From: Amoebophrya sp. A120
Taxonomy: Eukaryota > Protista > Dinoflagellata
Assembly: GCA_905178155.1 (NCBI GenBank)
Contig: CAJINV010000017.1
Span: 1,108,722 to 1,172,721 of the forward strand
Direction of reading: 5' to 3'
Length of the DNA: 64,000 nt
The notes under the pieces are model-generated. The model saw only the letters and a program-made list of their open reading frames with translations, searched no databases and was not told where the DNA came from. The position numbers were made by a program, and so were the translations under genes. Below are positions 48,247 through 62,064 of this stretch, one piece after another; the stretch's first letter is position 1; each line of letters begins with the position of its first letter.

Positions 48247-50247
48247 ATGGGAATGGTCCTGATGTTTACGACATTTCTTGCCGCCCACCTCGCCACTTGG
48301 ACTTCACCACAGTCCTGCGTTGGCCTCGTACGAGAGGCGACAGATGATAGCCCTAAAGTCCCACCTGCATCGTCCACGTACGAGACATACCAGGGTTTTC
48401 TCGACGGAGCAGCTGGGGATCGTTTTCGGGACCGGCTGGTGCCTTATTTGCTCCCTCACGCCGACCAGGACCAAGGAGGAGATCGACGGAAAGCCAAGTC
48501 ACCTCCAATAGACGAGGCCGCGTTTGTGCACGTCAGTTTGATGCATTCTTGTCGCGGTAACGGAGAGGAGAAATCGTGTTGCAATCGCAAGGATGACGAT
48601 GAAAATATCGAAGGCAGTAGAAAAGGCGCGAACGGCTCGTCTCGCGAGAGCACATCAACGATTTTCCGTGTCCTCGTCCTCGGGTCCGGTGAGTCCGAGC
48701 TTCCATGGCAGTTTTCGGAACACGCGTTTGAATGCCCAGCGCAGCCTTTGTCAGGTCGTAATCCTTTCAGCGGCGATCATCACCTCGTATTCGAAGAGGA
48801 CCAATTACATGCCAAGGAGCAACGACTACTTTGCCTTGTGGATCAAAAGGGCGGCGCTGAGGAAGTTCTTGTCGGCGAGGGAGCTAAGAGTATGATGGGT
48901 GTTGCGAATGAAAAATGCTCTGCAGCTGCTTCTGGCGGAATAGATCAACATCAGCTTGAGCAGGTTGACAAGGTGGAGCAGAAGCGAAAGTCATCTCCCT
49001 GCTCTGCTCCCCCTGTCAGCATTGAAGTGTCGACAATTGAGGAACGCGAGATCCTCGTCGAGCAGGAGGACGAACCGACTCGAAGCCTAGTTCCATCTAG
49101 GGAAGCAACCATGACAGGAGCACCTGCTGCACCTGCAACAGACAGTAACAGTAGCATCAATCTTCTCGAACTCGACGCGAGCACTACCCCCGATGCCACA
49201 CACAGCAGCCGTTGGCGCAGGCTCACCAGGCTGCGAGGAGATTTGTTCCATATGGAGGTGAGCCCGGAAAGACAAAGAGACGGTCGTGAAGACGACGATA
49301 TTTCAACTGGAGCTGGGACGTTAAAGGACGCCGACGATGGAGGTTTGGAATCCAGGAGTTCGGTTCTGCATGGCAGTGACAAGGTGCTGGTCAGTTATCG
49401 AGTAGACGCCACAGAGGACCAGAGGGCTGGAACGGGAAAAACGTCGACCGGGACGACCTTGACGACCACTTCAAGCCCAAGCGCCATTCGTGGCACCAAC
49501 GTCGTGAAGCATCAATTTGATCTGATAGTCGACAAGGGTGTCTTGGAACTCTACCCTGACGGGTTTACGCGGTATCTGAGCTCCACGGGATTCGACTTGT
49601 TGAAACCTGGTGGATTGCTCGTGTCTATCGGTCCGTACGCCCCACTTGTGCTACACGACAAGGAAAAAGATCTTGAAGGGGGAGGCGCAAATGCAAATGG
49701 AAATGGAATGCGACGAGATCGGGGTGGAAGCATGATGACCATGACACGGGAACAAGACATAGACAACTACGAACTTGTCGAAAAAGCTGAAGATCACTAT
49801 CATGGTAGCAGCGCCGAAAGCAGCACAGACGACGAACCCGACCACCAGCTGCGATCTGAGGACAACATCGTCAGCATGGACAGCCCGCGTCTTTTTCAGC
49901 CTGAGTGGTGGCTGAGTGATAAAAACGCGCCTTCGAATTGGGTGAAGAACGTGACCACGTTTTCGGCCGTTTCGTGTGGCCGTGCAGGACGACAGGCTGC
50001 TGCTGCTGCTGCTGCTGCTGCAAATTCATCTTCTTCGGCATGTAGTCCTCAACCTCATAGAACGTCAAAAAGCCAAACAATAAGATCATGGCGTTTGTTG
50101 GGAACCGAGATTGTTCCGAATTCCAAAAAATGGGTGGCCAATCCCGACCGCTGGTTCATGTATGTGCTCCAGAAGCAGTGGGAGGGGGAGGCAGCTAAGT
50201 CTTTTTTCGCGGGAGGAGGAGCTGGAGCTGCTGCTGCAGTCAGCTGA
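48247..50247 (+). CDS. Class I SAM-dependent methyltransferase (EEF1AKMT4/METTL13-like motifs) with long low-complexity insertions
   Basis: 666-aa ORF containing VLVLGSGESEL, FDLIVDKGVL and LLKPGGLLVSI; hydrophobic N-terminus. Confidence 0.7.
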   Translation: MGMVLMFTTFLAAHLATWTSPQSCVGLVREATDDSPKVPPASSTYETYQGFLDGAAGDRFRDRLVPYLLPHADQDQGGDRRKAKSPPIDEAAFVHVSLMHSCRGNGEEKSCCNRKDDDENIEGSRKGANGSSRESTSTIFRVLVLGSGESELPWQFSEHAFECPAQPLSGRNPFSGDHHLVFEEDQLHAKEQRLLCLVDQKGGAEEVLVGEGAKSMMGVANEKCSAAASGGIDQHQLEQVDKVEQKRKSSPCSAPPVSIEVSTIEEREILVEQEDEPTRSLVPSREATMTGAPAAPATDSNSSINLLELDASTTPDATHSSRWRRLTRLRGDLFHMEVSPERQRDGREDDDISTGAGTLKDADDGGLESRSSVLHGSDKVLVSYRVDATEDQRAGTGKTSTGTTLTTTSSPSAIRGTNVVKHQFDLIVDKGVLELYPDGFTRYLSSTGFDLLKPGGLLVSIGPYAPLVLHDKEKDLEGGGANANGNGMRRDRGGSMMTMTREQDIDNYELVEKAEDHYHGSSAESSTDDEPDHQLRSEDNIVSMDSPRLFQPEWWLSDKNAPSNWVKNVTTFSAVSCGRAGRQAAAAAAAAANSSSSACSPQPHRTSKSQTIRSWRLLGTEIVPNSKKWVANPDRWFMYVLQKQWEGEAAKSFFAGGGAGAAAAVS

Positions 50248-50933
50248 GTGAAAACATGTTGAAGACTGCACGTACTAATATATGATCAACATGTCTTTGC
50301 GTCGTTTCACCACAAGAGCCTTCCGAATACTCGTCACAAGGAAGAAAATCCGACTTTCGCCTCTGTGTAGAATTATTCCACTTTCGCAGTCAGTTTTACA
50401 AGTCGACGCCGACGATAGGAATCCGAATCTCCAGGATCTACTTTCAAAGCGAGTTGTGTCGACATTGGCATGCCCATTCCGCGGTCTCAAAGATTTTAGT
50501 ACGGACACGGATTTAGTGGAATTTCTTTAGTCGCTCAAGTTTAATACTACAGTGCGTCACGTAGAAGTAGGCGGCCACAAGGAAAGCGTCGTGCATGTAG
50601 TTCGCGATTCTGTTGCCGCAGGCAAACGCAATGGAAATGGTGTACTCCATGAAAAACTTTCTTTTTTTTCCTTCCCCAGAGCGGATTCGTAATGCATGAT
50701 AGAAGCACGCGCACGCCTATAAGGTCAAGATCAACATTGAACATTCAAGAATTAAGATTAGATTTCCCTACTACGTGCTGACGTCAGAGATCCTTGCTAT
50801 TTTTGACCTTCGCGCGAGCAGGTTCAGAAGGCATATTCAGTTGCACCGAGATCATTCTTTCAGGGAAGTGCCTACGACTACATCAAAATTTTCTTTGACA
50901 AAATCAAAATCTAAATCAAAAGGCAACATCACC

Positions 50934-52839
50934 ATGGCCTCCCAGGTGTCCGCGACCTCTTCGTCACACGGCAACGCCCCGCCGCCCCCGAGCAACGCGG
51001 ATTTCTTGGAATCTCTCCCAACGCACGCCCTGATCCAGGAACTGACGCGCCGCCACCGGATTCTGGGCGCCCCCCTGCGGAAGTGCGTCATCCTCGGCCC
51101 GCCCGGTATGGGAGTGACAGGTGGGGTGGGTCTGGGCGGAAATCCTCAAAGCGGATCGTGGGAAAAAAAGTTTGTCATGCGGAAATCATTTTTCATTTTC
51201 TTCTGGCTGCGCCATGATCCAATTCCAAGCGGCGGACGAGCAGGCGCGTTCGTATTCCTGCTTCCTAAATCTTTACACTTTCGTAAACTTACCGACGAGG
51301 ACAGCAGGGGGCACAGGCGGCACACAAGAACTGTTCCTGTCGTCAGTATCATACTTTGACGAAATAAAGCTCCGTATCGGTCCATACCCATGCGCCTGAC
51401 CCGCTCATACCATGGTCCGGGAAATCCGCGGTAGCCGACCATTTTCGCTACAACTTCGGCTACTGCTTATGAAGAGTATTTTTGGGGTAGGAGACTGCTC
51501 AACAAAAAAGAGAAAATGCCAAGTGATTTATTTGTAATGGCGCGTGAAGAAGTCTAAGCAAAATGACTCAACGAACACATGATCCTATGAACAACATCAA
51601 CAAACGAAGCAAAGCAATCCCAATCCACTTGTCTCCCATGCGAACCGTTTTCTAATTTTGAAAGTCTCGAGTTTCCATTGGCATACTGCAACGTCTTACG
51701 CGACCATAACGGCGGAATACCGGGCGGTAGCGCACCATCATCAGCGAAGGAGAAGTTGGCGCAGATACAGGTACTGGATAGATTTCAAAGAGTGCTGCAA
51801 TTAGCCTCCTTCTTTTACTTTTTATTGTTTTTGTTCCATTCACCGGCACGTGGTCCGACCATTACTTGAACTTGATGGTGTTGCTGGTGATCATGCAGTA
51901 GTGATTTATGACGAGTTGTCCTGCACCTGCTGCAGCTGCAAAATTATATACAGAAAGGTACTGGCGCAATTCTGTATCAGAAACACATGCAAACAAAAAC
52001 AATAGGATCGCCTTTCCGAGCCCCAGTGCCGGCGAGGGTTCGTCGTCGACGGATTTCCAGAAATATGAAAGGAAACATAAACAATTCAGTCGACGAAGTG
52101 ACATTTGTAGTGCAGAAGACCCTGCATATTTTAGTCGAAAAATAAAATGCTTGCTGTACCAGACGATGACCAGCCAACAGCAACAGCACAACTTCTGCTC
52201 ACCATATTTGTCTGTGCTGCTTTGAAAATGCTTCATGTCTCTCAAGCACATGTATGTGGACCCAAGAAATTACTCATTTGACTACCACGAGCGTTGCCGC
52301 GCGTACCCGTGCGCGTACGTACCGTCCTTCTTGTTGTTTTCCTGCATAACACAACGGAGTCCAGGCGGAGATGCTCGCGTCAAATTTATCTGACAAGGCT
52401 ATCCGACAGAAAACCCCCAGTTCTGCATCTGACGTAGTTTAGTGGAGGTAGTTGTACAGCTATTTTGCATGAAATAAGGTTCACGATGTCGTCAACACTT
52501 CCTGCATTTTTGGGTTTTGACATGCAAATCGAAGGGGCTCCTTTCGGCCTAGAGCCAAGAAAACCAACATCGTGGACGAGAGCGCCGCTACTTGCTAGCA
52601 AGCAATTTAAATTTTCTGGTTTGATAGCGCACAAGATAGACCAGTGCTTGATCCTGGACGCACCCACGGTGGAGCAGTTGCAGCAGGCCTTCGGTTCAAC
52701 GAATGCGAGCACGAACCATGCGAGTAAAGCGGCATCTGGCAGCTCTACTGCGACGATCACGGAAAAAGAACTCCAGATCGCTCGCGAGGACGCAAACCGC
52801 GTAGCTAAGTGGTTTTTGGAAAAGAAAGGGGTTTTATGA
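50934..52839 (+). CDS. Divergent adenylate kinase-like protein (multi-exon)
   Basis: Exon 1 ends LIQELTRRHRILGAPLRKCVILGPPG, like the AK N-terminus and P-loop start. Later candidate exons QAEMLASNL and DQCLILDAPTVEQL...KWFLEKKGVL*. Internal junctions unresolved. Confidence 0.45.
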
Positions 52840-55800
52840 AAAGAAAATCAAAATGTACACTTGATTGTAAATGTAGTTCAGTATCATCTTGTAAATGTTG
52901 TAGGCACGGTGGTGGTGGTCGTCCTCGTGTGATCTCAGTTTACCTTGCAGGACGAGGAACAGCAAAAGAATCACAAACTCGCGCCAGGCAGGGGAATAAA
53001 TCTGTGTGCTGTGGGAGCGAGGGAACAACAAGTGTCTACTTCCCATTGCATACCTGCAGTGCCAAAAACTGGACATCTCCGGACTCTCGCGCGCGGAGCT
53101 GCTGCAGAAGGCAGGGGATGCGCTCTACTTCAGGGAGACGGGCGGCAGCTCATCCGCAACCTCCGGGGCGAATTTCGCGGGGGCCTGATGATAAAGTAGT
53201 GGATTTTCATGCACTTATGGCAGCTGACGCTGACCACGCGAAAAACAAGTCGCTCGACTACTTACTCTTTTTTTCTTCGTCCTCCCCACAGAGCGCAACT
53301 GTGCAGCTTTTCCTTGATCTCGGTAACCGCCTCCATTGCGACCAGTTGAGTTCATGATTGCCTTTCGACGCTTTACTGAAGTTTGGTTTTGAAAGACAAC
53401 TACATCTACAGAAAGAAATACACGAGTTTTATGGGAAAGAACTCTGGTGGAAAATCAAGACAAAATACTTCTTTGGTGGAGGACAAAGATCTAAACGAAC
53501 GACTTGTATGCAGTGCACAAGTGGACCAGACGAAGAAATACCAATAAGAAAAGTCCAAAATAGTGTATCGTGTCAGGTTCATCTTACACGGCCTTGTGCG
53601 TGATTGTCTCAATTTGATGCCACTGCTACACAAGCCCAAGCGTGAGGATGAGCCACTTGATGTTTTAGTAGCCAGCACAGCTGGAGCCTACGAGTCATGT
53701 CGTCTGAATAGAGTTAGTTGTACTTACCAGCTACAGAAAAAAAATCGGTTGTCCCTCCGTCACATGATTGATGTCATTCGATTCTGGATTCGGTTCGTCC
53801 AGCGTGAAATCGCCGTATTTGTAGCCGTTCTTAGAAGTGGAAGTGCAGCACCGATCTCGTACCACATCGTTCTGTCACTTTTTACGAAAAACTCTCGGTT
53901 TAGAGAGCAGCCTATTCCTCGTGGTATGTTTCTTTCTCGTCCTCTCACGTAAGTACTATATTCTCGAAAGCGTCTTCGTCGGCCTGCGTTCTTTGCGTAC
54001 CAGTGGCGAGCAGTAGCAGAAGTGACCCAGGCAGCTGCTAGTGCTAAATGAAAAATGAGGCGACCTTCACAATTCGACGCTTTGGCTACCCGTGTTTAGT
54101 TGTAGGACTGCCGTCTGATACTTGAACTGAATACCAACCGACAATACTAGTGAAGTAGAAAGCCTTTGCCTGCATTCCCACAGCCTCCAACTAAAAACCT
54201 CTTTTAAACACCCCCCCCACAAACGTAATCAACGAAGTCGAAGGCTAGAAATAACTAGGCTTTTTCCGACTGAAAAGATAAAGAATACGATAAAGCCCCA
54301 AGCTTGATAGAGTTACACTATCATGCGCATTTTTTTTTTTGTTTTCGTTTTCATCTCAAATTAAAATTAATTAGATATAGCCGTGACACGTGTAGAGAGT
54401 GTCTTGCAACGAACTGACAGACACAATCAAATACGCTCCCAAGGAGCATGCAACTCCGCGTAGACGCGGCATTGAAATCCATCTACTTGACTCACGATGT
54501 ACAGATGGAGTTCTTGACCCTGAGCAATCTTGTTTATAGTGCTAAGCACGTATGCCAAAGCCCCCGGTAAGAACTTCAGCATCATACCTCAATCACAATC
54601 CTCGAGTTTGAACTTAAAGCTAAATTTGAAGCAATGTGTGCCTTGCTGTTGCAGTGAAAGTTTAAGACGAAAAGATAGATGATCTTTGACTTGCCTATTG
54701 ATACGCCTTCCGGGACAAGCCGTGCACAGTTTACACGGCCTGGTTGTAAATTTCTGTGTTCAGCAACCTCTCGATCGTTTCAGATCAGAGAACCACGGCC
54801 TGAAGAACACGTTGGGCCAGTCGGTATTCATTGTAACGGGATGGAAGAGAAACCTCTAGGGCTCCAGTAGCTCCTTGTTAATTTTCAACACTTATATGTA
54901 TATGTGCATAGTAGAAACAATACGAATACCGAGCGAAGCATCATGGGCTCCGGCTCAATAAGTAGTTCCTGGTGATCGAGACGAGCGAGCGCCGCCGTCC
55001 TACTGTGAACGCGGCTCAAGATCCAATATGTAGTTTTTTCACTTGGCATCTGCAAATGGATCTGCATGATTATAGCAGGGATTTTTTCTCTTCGTTGGAT
55101 AAGCCACACATGGAAAAAGAATCGGTATTTTGTTCTATTGTGTCAAAGAACGAACAAGCAGGGGGCTTTAAAAGTAAAAGAACTCAACTTGTGACTTGCG
55201 TCAGAAGTCCTCTAGCACCAACGCTCAGCGTCTCCGCCACCTTCCTAGGACGGAATTTTACAAAAACCTGAAAGCGTGTCGTGGCCGTGAACCTCCTCTA
55301 GAGCCAATTTACGTCGACCCCGCCGACTACTTTTATAAATTACACCAATCCTCTCGAAAACCAAGGATAATGATATTAGGAAACTGAAACACAGCAAGAA
55401 GGTTGCTCTCAGAAGATTTTTTGATCTTGAAAGAAGTTGGTCATGATCTGGTGTATCTATCAGTTCTTCGTTGATACTAACCGGAAAAAGAACTACTTAC
55501 GCAAACACCACGAGTAGCTAGAGCTTTATTTACCGTAACAAGGATGTTGATGGTCAGTGTCGGTCTGAGAAACTATCCTGGATCCGGTTCTTTCAATATG
55601 AGTGGGTTGAGACCTAAGATCTCCGCTAGAAACGCTGCCTTCCGACTTGTTCTTTAGCATGGGCTGGGGTACTTGACACATCTCTCATAAGAAGTAATCA
55701 GTATCAGTTCTAACTTAAGTATAAGTTCAACGTCGCCTTTCTTGTGGTCCCTGACATAAATAAAAATCTGCTCCTCTTCACACCCACAGCATGTCGACCA

Positions 55801-56128
55801 CAACCTTCCACATTTTCCGTTCGCGAAGATAATTGCCCATTGCCATACCCATATTTCGATTTCCATTGGTTTCGGGTTGAATGACCTAGACCTCCCTTCA
55901 ATTCCAAAACGTATTCCCTACACCCAATTACAGCAAAACCAAAAATTGTAGGAACTACTGAAAAAAGTCTCATTAGATTAATACTTTTCAGCAATTAGAA
56001 CAGTTCCTGCCGCGAGCAGTGTATTTTGCTTGTATGCAGACCGATTTCAGGTAGCAAAAGGAAAGTTGTGGGACCTTTTTTCTTTTCACCGTCGGGCGCT
56101 TATTCTTTAACGCTGAGAGAAAACAAAA

Positions 56129-57489
56129 ATGGGTTACGGCGAAAAAAGCAAGAAGGAGAAGGCTGCCGATGCAGCGGCTCTCAACGACGCAAAGAAGAAA
56201 CAAGCAGAGGAGGATGTATAGCTATTTTAGATTGCATCTTGACGGACAAGGACAATGTTGTGTCTGTGTGTCGCCTCATCAGTATGGTGATTGAGCATGA
56301 CAGCAAATTCGCACCTTTCTTCTATGAACGCATTGAAAACTTCTATTTTCCCCACTCCTCTATCAGGCTTCCTGGACAGAGACGGATAAGGGCGCCAAGA
56401 AAAAGCTCGACCGAGCTTCTGCCGCGGAGGACAAGGCTGCTGAGGCAGAGAGAAAACGACAGGAGAAAAAGGCACTAGAAGAGGCCGACGCAGCCGCCAG
56501 CGGCGCGATTGCAGAGAAAGCAAATGCCAAGAAGAACAAGCAGGCACCGGGGAAGTTGACACAGGCGCAGATACAACAGAACATGGCCCTGATGGCAGCG
56601 GCAACGGCAGCAAACGTACTTATAGACAGTGGTGTAGTTTGAGGAATGGTGCAACTAGGAATAGCATCGTGTTGGCCTTTTACAGTTTCAACAGCAGTCA
56701 TTCTCATTCAGAAATTGCCTCTGAAGATCTTGGACATTCTTCGAGAAAAAAACTCACTCTTCACCTAAACCCAGGCCGCGCCGAAGAAAACGAAGAAGAC
56801 GGCAACAGTGGATGCGCCAGAGATTTTGCCCAACACAAACCGTGAGAATGACATCTCCGCTTCGAGCGTTGAAGATGCCTTGAAGCAGCTTTCACTGGAG
56901 CCCGGCAAGAAAATGACATTCAAGCAATTTGAGGCCGAAATGGCAGATAAGGTACAGCGAGGCATAGTGTGTTGAACAACATCATATCAGAATGTACCTG
57001 CGGGTGCATTGATTGGCATGCCGAAGCTTGTTGTCCATGCATGGTCCTCGTAATAGTCGAATACAACGTGAAAATGACCTATAAGTTTTTTGTGCATGAT
57101 GTTGATAAAGAACCCTCCAATTATACAGGTCCGTGCGGAGAACCCGGGTCTGAAGCGAAATCAAGTAACCGACAAAGTTTGGAAACTTTGGGAACGCTGT
57201 ATCGAAGGGAGAGACGTTTGCGCCGCAGAAGTGAATTTGAATTTGTCATGTTCGTTGTTCTCGAAAACGAAGAGGAAAAGCGAATACGTGGTGACAGAAT
57301 GCTAAGCCTTGCAGCTGCAGCAATATGAGACGTAAACGTAAACTCGTGCAGCTGAAAGATACAGCGGGGCTATCAAGGACCACCCTGCATGACATTGACT
57401 AATTCCGATTCTTCACTTCTTATGCGTAGGCAATTTTCAGCTTGATATCTTCCCCGGTGAATCCGAAAAACATCCCGGCAGAAGCCTGA
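56129..57489 (+). CDS. CCDC124: Coiled-coil domain-containing protein 124 / Lso2-like ribosome-binding protein, 5 exons
   Basis: Spliced product MGYGEKSKKEK...EEDASWTETDK...ASSVEDALKQL...FKQFEAE...RAENPGLKRNQ...WKLWERSPVNP matches the family pattern. Confidence 0.75.
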
Positions 57490-58881
57490 AGGATTTTTCG
57501 CAGCCTAGATGAAAAACAAGACACAGTAAATCGTCGTGTGTGCGGCCGTCAAGGAGCTGTAGTTCGACAAGTAGAATGTATGTAGTTTCACCCCGACGGA
57601 CGTCGACGAGTCGCAGCAGAAGATAAAACGAAACGTACGCCGCTTCAAACGAGCTGAATGTGGTAAAGCTGTACCGGCTGTACCAGAGGAGCTTCCGAAG
57701 AGCCAGCGCGACGCATGTGGGCACCTTCATGGTGCACAAAGCCAACAATTCAAATAGAGAACACGACTCTCACTCACAAGGTGAAGAATGTTGGCAATCA
57801 CACAGAAATGCTCACTTCATCACCATGACAAGAAACAAAACAACGCAATGAATCATAAGTATCACACAACACGAATAAATGTACGCTATTTTTTTATGAA
57901 GATGAAGACACTCTACTACACTCAGAATTTCCATGGAAATACCGCCAAGCACGCACCAAAACGACATAAGAATTGCTTCTCACTGCTGTGTAGAAATTGC
58001 TGTTGCAGGAAGGAGTATCTCTTGGACCCCTGTCCCGCGCTCGTGGACAAGAAGTAGTCCCCTCAAGAAATGAATCGCTCACGAGTGAGGTGCTGCATCT
58101 GATGTCATAGCAACAGAGGACATTGTGATCAAGAACGCAGCTATGTTTACCACGACCCAGCACAGAGAGGTGCAGCGAAAATGCCAAGCAATGTGAATCG
58201 AGTTATCCTGCAATGTACCGCAGCTCTTGGCAGCAGGAGCTGGCAGTGTTTTGTTCACGTGCGACGTCGTGTTCTTCCCAACTCTCTTGCGTTGTTGGCC
58301 ACTGTGCACGTTGTTCTACGCGAAATCTGGATGAGATAAAAAGCGTGCGAGCGGAGACGGTGTTTTTTGTCCTTGAGAAGTGCACTCTTCTTTTTGTGTG
58401 AGAGATGCGTAAAAACGTGGTGCGGACGGAGTGCAAGTGCTTCGTCTTTCTTGTGCTGCAGCCCCAGAATCCCTCCTGCACGAAGAGCAGTAAAAAATCT
58501 TTTTTTCCATACGCACGCTAGGTAGCTTAGGGGAAGACGGACAAAAATGTACGTAAAGGAAGCGCCAGGACTTTTCTCGTGCGTTTTTTTGCCGGCACCA
58601 CCGGGAGTCGCGGGATATCTGCCCGATCGCTTGCCTTCGGACCTTTCGTAGCTGGACGACGTGCATCTTGTCCTGCAAATAAACAACTTTTCGCACGAAA
58701 TTGTTTCATCGACCAGACGCCAGGAGAAGTACTGGTCTGTTTCTGCACGGCCTGACTACTTGTGCTTCCTAATCCTAAGTGGAAGAAAGGGAACAAGATC
58801 TCGTACCGGTACTATCATCTCTCTGATTGAACATCGCTGTAAAGGAGTACGAGGTGGAATCCAAAGCAGAAGACCCTCAAC

Positions 58882-61037
58882 ATGCGGCCGGCGGACTTGA
58901 AGGCTGACGTCGCACCGGGGACGTTGTTTCTGCTTTTCCTCGTGGCGTCGCTTGTGTACTACAATTTGGTCGGCCTCATCATCTCGCTCGGGTACTACGA
59001 CGAGCCGATAGTCGCCCTGATTCTGGTCGCGTTGGTCACCGGTTCCGCACTTCTCCCGGCATTTTTCCCAGTGGTGTTTCCGCTCCCGGCATTGAATGGA
59101 GTTTTCACTCTCATCGAAAACCGGCTTGTGGTATATCAACCCTATTGGAGAAGGAGAGCGTGAGCACCATCAGTTTCTTGCTCATGTCTGCGCCAAAAAT
59201 GAGAATGAATCAAAACAGATGAAGAAAGTGAGGCTCTTTATCGTCCAAAACATGGCACACATCACAACAGCCGGGCCGGCAGAACCTCGGTATCGACCCG
59301 CAGTGTCTGAAAAAAGCGAACCGCCGCCTTCTCCACGTCGTTTTCACCGACCTGGCTGCGTCGTCGTTCCTCTTTTGCGCGGTGGGTTTGGTGAACCATT
59401 TATCGCTGTATCAGCGGTTTGGCTCGATCATGATGCCGGACCGAACCAGTTACGTTGACGTCGATCCGCGCACGGCCTCGCAACTCTGGGCCGACGCCGG
59501 GAAACTGCAGTTTAGAGAAGGTGCTTGAGCATGCTTGTCAAGTTGCAGTTGCTCGATGACTCTAGAGAAGTACTGCCTCACATGGTGCAGCAACTTATGT
59601 TTATCAAAATGACAAACAGGGTCTCGCGTCGACGGTTCTCGTGCGATCGCGTATCAACCAATCGGCGAACCTTCTACCTACTGCGTCGCCCCAGTGCAAT
59701 ATCAGGTGTAAAAATGAAAACTGGCAGGTTTGCATTCGGAGGTCCCCGCCCATGCACATGCTTCCTTTGCTCCCCGTCCCCGTAATTATTGGGATGCATA
59801 GGAGCAGTGCTGCTTACCGAAGAGTGTTGCTCTCGCACGGGAGTCAACAACTGCTAAGTAATATATAGCATGGAGGTGTTATCGGGAAATCAATGCAGTT
59901 TGTACCACGGGAACAGGACGGCCACACGGGCTATTCCTATTGAAACGATGTCTACTTTTTTACACGTGATACGGAATTTCAAAGTGTGGAGCCCACCGCA
60001 AAAGTGGAATACTGGGCGGTTGGAGTGGACTGCTGCAAAAGCGCCAACGTCTTCTCCTGCGAGGACAGTAGCCTGTTTGACGCAAAATCGGCCTACGTGT
60101 TACAACCGTTTCACTACATGGACAACATTCTGTTCCGCGCGCCGCCCATTCGCAAGTACGACCGCTTCCTCGAAGCCGTAAAAATGTCCGAGCTGAAATT
60201 CGTATCAGCTTGAGAAAATTTCCTACACGTACGTGACGAGTTATAGTGATTTCTTGTTGTAAGCAGGATAAGCAAAAGGAACGCGACGTGTTATCGATCC
60301 TGCCTTGTCCCGCCTGATTACAATGCGTATGCCTTGTTACCAGCATATTGCTGCTGCATGATCAACCACTTGGACTTGGACTCTGTCTTGAAGTTTTCGT
60401 GTTGTCCGTAGTTGATAGTGCATTCATTCACGTTTCCACTTCCGTGTAGTCGTCTTTTTCACGTGCATACCCCGGCCTAACCTCCAGCGACACGCCCCTG
60501 TTGCTCCGGTGGAAGAAAGACCCTGACGAAATCGAAAACGAGTTGGCCAGCGCGCGCACGTTCACGAACATTATGCAAGAAGTAATGGTGATCGTGCTGG
60601 CACTCGCAGTGGCCTGCTACTGTGCCATGGCCAAGGCACCGAGGATATACCAAGACTTCCTCGACGAAGACTACATCTTCTGGCCAGGAGGTAACTTTTT
60701 TTTTATACTTCGTTCGTCGAGTGTGTAGTTGATTCTATTAGGTGGAGGTGAAGCATCAAGTAAAGTCCTTAAATATTCGTTCCTGGTGATGTGTTGTGGC
60801 TAGTAGCAAAACTTTTATATCGCCGGCACCTCCTGCGAAATGTCAATTAACACTCGAGCGCGCTTGTTCTTATGCTACTTCCGTCTAAATTTATCAGGTA
60901 GCAAAAAGCCGAAGTCGTCAACCGCGCTCGACGCCACTATGATGCAAGGAGCCGGAGGCCAACTTGATGCCACGCTGCTGAACACTATGGAAATGAAAAG
61001 CGCTGGTGATACAAAACCGATTCAGATTGTGAAATAG
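58882..61037 (+). CDS. Uncharacterised alveolate-type multipass membrane protein (YCVAP / WAVGxDCC motifs)
   Basis: TM-rich first exons, then DAGKLQF, TYCVAP, YWAVGVDCC, LLRWKKDP and a final TM helix; several GT-AG and non-canonical introns. Confidence 0.65.
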
Positions 61038-61842
61038 GTGGTAAAGAAGTGATCCCAGCAAGCGCTTTCCATTTCCACAAACCACCGCAGTTCCATAGGC
61101 GCGGGGAGGCCGCCGGGAACCGACGCGTCGCTGTTCACGGGTAGGCAGACAGGAGGTAATAGTCCGAATGCGCCACCCGCGAGACCTTCTGGAGGTAGAG
61201 CAGCGCGACAGCAGGCCAGTATGGTGAGTAGTGGGGGCGGCGGGCCGGGTTGAGAAAGTCCAGACAAGGACGGGCACTGTTGTAGTAGCACGACCAGGAG
61301 CAGCTGCGTCAGTGTGTGATGCATAGTGCGGTTAGTAGTTGTACCTAGCACTACTACATCTGGCTTTGTAGGTACAGGTTGCTCGACAGAATCAGGGACA
61401 GGGTGGGGCCGTGGTGGCCGCGTGGTTCTAAACACTACGTTGTCCTTGTCGCTGAAGATTGCGTGATCATCCTCTCGATTTGTCCTCCAGAAGGCGAGCA
61501 CAGTAATTTAAATTTTCAGATTACTTCTGACTTTCGCGTTCACCTGGGACGAGGTCGCGTGTTCAGTTTGGCCTGTGTCGCTGTTGTTGAGCGCGTGGAT
61601 CCTCGGTGCCAGTCCTGGAAAGGCTACAGAATCTTCACACTTTTGGCCGCAATCGGATTCGGCGATAAAGGGTCAGTGTGGTCGTGGGATCCTGCAAGCC
61701 AAAGAGTGAACATCCTAATGTCCTCCAAATTCCTTCTTCCATAATCGCTCGAAGCCTTGCTGGAAAACAAACAATCACAAAACATGCACATCAAAGAATT
61801 AGAGACAAAACCGATAGAGCTACGGTTCCAATAAAAATAACC

Positions 61843-62064
61843 ATGTCCATCACCGTCGGGCGGCCTCCGCCTTCCTCGGAGGCTGCTGGGGAGCAAGACG
61901 CCGGCAACAAGAAAACCGGCAAGGCGCTGAGAGAACTGAAGGAAGTGACGGTGTTTTTCCTCTTGGCCGTGGCGTTTGCGTACTTCCTCCCCCCGGCAGC
62001 GAGTCTAGTCGGCGTTGTGCTCTTGTTTGCGTTCTTCGGACTCGTTTCGGAGACGTTTTTCTGA
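61843..62064 (+). CDS. Small membrane protein (73 aa, two TM helices)
   Basis: GC-rich ORF MSITVGRPP... with a hydrophobic C-terminal half. Confidence 0.5.
   Translation: MSITVGRPPPSSEAAGEQDAGNKKTGKALRELKEVTVFFLLAVAFAYFLPPAASLVGVVLLFAFFGLVSETFF

Noticed and set aside
49996-50020. (GCT)n microsatellite
   Set aside because: An ordinary poly-Ala tract within the methyltransferase ORF.
52940-55390. Additional short genes between the AK-like gene and CCDC124
   Set aside because: Some exon-like patches exist (~52950-53830, ~55205-55387), but I could not build a consistent model.
57520-58760. Possible minus-strand multi-exon gene
   Set aside because: Exon-like GC patches are present, but frame and boundaries could not be determined.
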